From: Patescibacteria group bacterium
GTDB taxonomy: Bacteria > Patescibacteriota > Patescibacteriia > 2-01-FULL-39-33
NCBI GenBank assembly: GCA_041650895.1
Contig: JBAZKF010000002.1
Location: 152,425-170,272, forward strand
DNA length: 17,848 nt
Direction: 5' to 3'
The notes under the pieces were generated by a model. That model worked only from the letters and a program-made list of their open reading frames with translations. It did not search any database and was not told the origin of the DNA. A program made the position numbers and the translations under genes. Positions 15,095 to 17,848 of the stretch are shown here, piece by piece. Position 1 is the stretch's first letter. Every line of letters begins with the position of its first letter.

Positions 15095-15118
15095 CTCCGC
15101 AATATTTTTAATAGCCAT

Positions 15119-15148
15119 TTGACTAAAACTTGTTAAATTGGTTATAAT
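15119..15148 (+). promoter_or_regulatory. sigma70-type promoter for pheS (TTGACT-17/18-TATAAT), near-leaderless transcript
   Basis: TTGACT at 15119-15124, TATAAT at 15143-15148, ATG at 15158, no SD. Confidence 0.6.
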
Positions 15149-15157
15149 ATATTCAAT

Positions 15158-16216
15158 ATGAAAGAAAAACTCAGCCAATTAAAGGCGCAATTCACCGAGG
15201 AATCGGCAAAGGTCAAATCAGCTTCCGAGCTGGAAGAATTGGAGAATAGATTTTTGAGCCGTAAAAGTGGATTGCTGACCGGCATCATGAAGGGGATCAA
15301 AGATGTGGCTAAAGAAGAGGTGGCGGAAATCGGCGCCTTGGCTAATGAAACCAAAGATTATATTGTTGAGGGACTGGAAACACTTAAGGGAAACTTGGGC
15401 GGTATCGGTTCCTCTAATTTCGATTTTACCGTACCCGGCCGCAAGCCGGCTGTCGGCCATTTGCATTTAGCCACCATTGCCATTCGCGAGATTGAAAGTA
15501 TCCTAGAGCCGTTAGGCTTCGTCAGGACGCGCCATCCGGATGTAGAATGGGATTATTATGCTTTTGAAACTTTGAACATGCCCGGCGATCATCCGGCTCG
15601 CGATGACTGGGAAACCTTTTTTATTGATGATTCTCCGATCAAGATGAATTTGCCGGCTAATTCAAAGAAATTAGTCAAAGAGGGGAGACGATTACTAACT
15701 CCTCATACTTCTAGCATTCAGGTACGGGAAATGGAGAGGGGCGTTCTGCCGATTCGGATGATGAATATTTCCAAATGCTATCGTCGGCAGATTGATGTTT
15801 CTCATGTGCCGATGTTCCATCAATTTGAGGGGCTAGTGATTGACAAGGGGATTAATATTACTCACTTGAAGGGCACGATTGATTATTTTGTTAAGAAATT
15901 TTTCGGCGAGGATCGCACAATTCGTTTGCGGCCGCATCATTTTCAATTCACTGAGCCGAGTTTTGAAGTGGATATTTCCTGCGGACTCTGCCATGGCGCA
16001 GGTTGCAAGATGTGTAAAGAGGGTTGGTTGGAGCTGGCTGGCGCCGGCATGGTTCATCCAAATGTGCTTAAAGCCGGCGGCATTGATCCGGAGAAGTATT
16101 CGGGTTTTGCTTTCGGCTGGGGTGTCGAGCGATGCTATTCCATGAAGTCGGACCTGAATATTGATGATTTAAGGTTGATGTATAAGAATGATTTGAGGTT
16201 TAATGAGCAGTTTTAG
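15158..16216 (+). CDS. pheS: phenylalanine--tRNA ligase alpha subunit
   Basis: Class II aaRS motifs: PHHFQFTEPSFEVD, the Cys cluster ISCGLCHGAGCKMCKEGW (as in Bacillus PheS), GWLELAGAGMVHPNVL, SGFAFGWGVERCYSM, DLRLMYKNDLRF. No pheT follows within the window. Confidence 0.95.
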   Translation: MKEKLSQLKAQFTEESAKVKSASELEELENRFLSRKSGLLTGIMKGIKDVAKEEVAEIGALANETKDYIVEGLETLKGNLGGIGSSNFDFTVPGRKPAVGHLHLATIAIREIESILEPLGFVRTRHPDVEWDYYAFETLNMPGDHPARDDWETFFIDDSPIKMNLPANSKKLVKEGRRLLTPHTSSIQVREMERGVLPIRMMNISKCYRRQIDVSHVPMFHQFEGLVIDKGINITHLKGTIDYFVKKFFGEDRTIRLRPHHFQFTEPSFEVDISCGLCHGAGCKMCKEGWLELAGAGMVHPNVLKAGGIDPEKYSGFAFGWGVERCYSMKSDLNIDDLRLMYKNDLRFNEQF

Positions 16217-16230
16217 AGATTATATATTAT

Positions 16231-16533
16231 ATGACAGAATATAAGTTAGAAGCAGAATCTGCAAGATTTGATTTAAAAGGTAATCCCGTCGATCTCTCTA
16301 CTATTAGAGGTGAGGTGACAATTAACTTCTTTTTCGTTGTATATAATATTTTTTTTACATTATTAATTGCTATTATTGGTGTTATACCGATACATTTGCT
16401 GTGTTGGCAATTGAAAATATTATTATTTATTATTGTGTTAATTGGGTTATTTTTTTGTTTTCGTATAGTATATTTTAGGAAATTTTTAACAAAAATAAGA
16501 TCTACTATATTTAGTTTTAAAGAGAGGTTGTAA
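16231..16533 (+). CDS. hypothetical small membrane protein (100 aa), AT-rich
   Basis: Two to three hydrophobic helices. Strongly AT-rich codon usage, unlike the upstream genes. Confidence 0.4.
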   Translation: MTEYKLEAESARFDLKGNPVDLSTIRGEVTINFFFVVYNIFFTLLIAIIGVIPIHLLCWQLKILLFIIVLIGLFFCFRIVYFRKFLTKIRSTIFSFKERL

Positions 16534-16541
16534 TCATTTTA

Positions 16542-16606
16542 GTATTACTTTTCTAGAAAAGTAATACAAAAGTCGCGACCGGAAAAAATCATGGCTGGAT
16601 TTTACG
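16542..16606. repeat. repeated intergenic element, copy 2: 26-bp perfect palindrome GTATTACTTTTCTAGAAAAGTAATAC + AGTCGCGA + hairpin AAAATC-ATGGCTG-GATTTT
   Basis: Palindrome at 16542-16567, AGTCGCGA at 16571-16578, hairpin at 16585-16603. A further TTTTCTAG lies at 16647-16654 inside the inverted repeat TTGCAG...CTGCAA. Confidence 0.7.
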
Positions 16607-16706
16607 CTCCACTCCTGAAAATTTCCTGACGCTTCGCTTGCAGAAATTTTCTAGTCGTTCCTGCAAAAAATCGCACAATATTTTTTAATGGTCGCAATAG
16701 CAATGT

Positions 16707-17219
16707 ATGCCAAATATAAAACCTAAATCACAAATAGAAGTTGATCAGAATATCTTAGATTTTTTAAATGGAATGCACATTGATAAGCCCGAAGATTTGG
16801 TAACCTTAAAGAATAAGATAATTAAATCCCTTGAATTCCGATCATATAATAATAAAACAAAAAAGCATGCTGATAGTATCCAATGGAAAAGAACTGCTTC
16901 TGAGATCTTGTCAGATGGTTATGTTTATAAAGGAAAGGCGTGCTCTGATTTGGCGGTAGTTTTCCTTGCTCTATGTAAGGCAACCGGGATTAATGGCCGC
17001 TTGGTTAAATTAAAATCAATAGATAACGAACATACTCACTCGATTGTTGAGGTTAAATTAAAGAGGGCTTGGTATAGAATTGATCCATCAAGTAGAGATT
17101 CCTTGCCATTTAAAGGTGAGTTATCAAGTAAATCAATTTGGAATAAAAAGTTTAAAGTTTGGCGGAAAGGAAAAGATGTCTGGGATTTAGGCCTTAAAGA
17201 TATAAAATCAGAATTATGA
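16707..17219 (+). CDS. transglutaminase-like cysteine-protease superfamily protein
   Basis: Candidate catalytic triad in the canonical order and spacing: GKACSDLAVVFLALCKATGI (Cys), HTHSIVEV (His), WYRIDPS (Asp). Confidence 0.65.
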   Translation: MPNIKPKSQIEVDQNILDFLNGMHIDKPEDLVTLKNKIIKSLEFRSYNNKTKKHADSIQWKRTASEILSDGYVYKGKACSDLAVVFLALCKATGINGRLVKLKSIDNEHTHSIVEVKLKRAWYRIDPSSRDSLPFKGELSSKSIWNKKFKVWRKGKDVWDLGLKDIKSEL

Positions 17220-17641
17220 TAAATAAAATTTGGAAAAAAATTTATAATATTTTCACAAATGTACCAGTCTATCTAAAATTGGCAATTATTCCGATTTTAT
17301 TTTACTTAATTTTATTTGTATCTTTTGTCCTATTGTCTCTTATAGGATTTATAGCACAAAGGTTTGAAATTTTTGGAGCTTTTCTTAGTATTATAGCGCT
17401 TCCCATAATTATAATTATGTTTGTTTTCGAATTCTTTACTCTACTTACTGTTAGTATTTTATCACTATTTATTCCGAACAATATTATAAAAGAAATGACT
17501 ACTCCAGCTATTTTTGGCGGTGATATTTCGAATAACTTTGGTGTTTTTGCGTCATTAGTATTTTGGGTTATTATTGGATTTTTTGTCGGCTTAATAATAT
17601 TTTTTAAAAAGCGTTATTTTAATAATAATAAAATTAATTAA
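17216..17641 (+). CDS. hypothetical integral membrane protein (141 aa), AT-rich
   Basis: Start overlaps the previous stop (ATGA). Three to four TM helices. Very AT-rich. Confidence 0.5.
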   Translation: MINKIWKKIYNIFTNVPVYLKLAIIPILFYLILFVSFVLLSLIGFIAQRFEIFGAFLSIIALPIIIIMFVFEFFTLLTVSILSLFIPNNIIKEMTTPAIFGGDISNNFGVFASLVFWVIIGFFVGLIIFFKKRYFNNNKIN

Positions 17642-17706
17642 CTATTATATTATTAATGATTTATGAACCTAAATATCTCTTACAACTGGCTAAAGTCGCT
17701 CGCCCG

Positions 17707-17834
17707 TTGTCATTCCGACCGGAGCGAAGCGTAGTGGAGGAATCCCTTTTGACAGTAAAAACCCATTAAAATAGTTTATTTAGAGTTAAAAGCGATCCCT
17801 CCACTCGGCCTTGAGGCCTCGGTCGGGATGACAA
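17707..17834. repeat. GC-rich 130-nt imperfect inverted repeat / long hairpin with internal GGCC-TTGA-GGCC mini-hairpin and about 45-nt AT-rich apical region
   Basis: TTGTCATTCCGACCG (17707-17721) pairs with CGGTCGGGATGACAA (17820-17834). AGTGGAGGAATCCC (17733-17746) pairs with GCGATCCCTCCACT (17792-17805). The interior contains TTGACA-17-TAGTTT. Confidence 0.6.
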
Positions 17835-17848
17835 AATGGTTTAATGAC

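Noticed and set aside
15079-15111. Phe-rich micro-ORF MARFFTPQYF upstream of pheS, as a possible pheM-like attenuation leader peptide.
   Set aside because: It lies upstream of the predicted pheS promoter (-35 at 15119), with no terminator or antiterminator pair between it and pheS. The ATGGCT start is part of a conserved hairpin that recurs at 16591, where the ORF is not Phe-rich. I kept it only as a side note in the repeat finding.
1-17848. I looked for CRISPR arrays, tRNA/rRNA genes, transposases or integrases.
   Set aside because: No regularly spaced direct repeats, no cloverleaf-compatible segments with TpsiC/anticodon features, and no ORFs with DDE/HUH or recombinase motifs were seen.

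Overview
The window looks like a low-GC genome fragment from an uncultivated fermentative bacterium. It has CPR-like traits: nearly all genes lack Shine-Dalgarno sequences, many are leaderless or nearly so, and terminators are AT-rich. All large genes are on the + strand.

Gene order:
- **Hydrogenase module (1-2619):** a 5'-partial group-3-type [NiFe]-hydrogenase small subunit, an 84-aa unknown ORF, the [NiFe] large subunit ending exactly at the DPCxxCxxH histidine, and a HypA-like protein lacking the zinc-finger domain.
- **Lower-glycolysis cluster (2726-9362):** pgk, a SIMPL-domain membrane protein, eno, and two tandem diverged 2,3-BPG-independent phosphoglycerate mutase paralogs.
- **MacAB/YknXYZ-like efflux module (9389-13035):** HlyD-type adaptor, ABC ATPase, FtsX-type permease.
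- **GC-rich island (about 13170-14300), the most unusual part:** a consensus sigma70 promoter, about 670 nt of densely structured non-coding RNA-like sequence, then two overlapping paralogous 4-Cys zinc-ribbon mini-ORFs with strong AGGAGG ribosome-binding sites, and a GC-rich terminator.
- **Downstream (14300-17848):** a hairpin-rich intergenic region, a small 4-TM protein gene, pheS, an AT-rich three-gene block (two small membrane proteins flanking a transglutaminase-like cysteine-protease homolog), and a GC-rich 130-nt imperfect inverted repeat at the window end.

A roughly 70-nt element (26-bp perfect palindrome + AGTCGCGA + AAAATC-ATGGCTR-GATTTT hairpin) occurs twice, upstream of pheS and upstream of the transglutaminase-like gene. 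I could support no tRNA, rRNA, CRISPR array or transposase.
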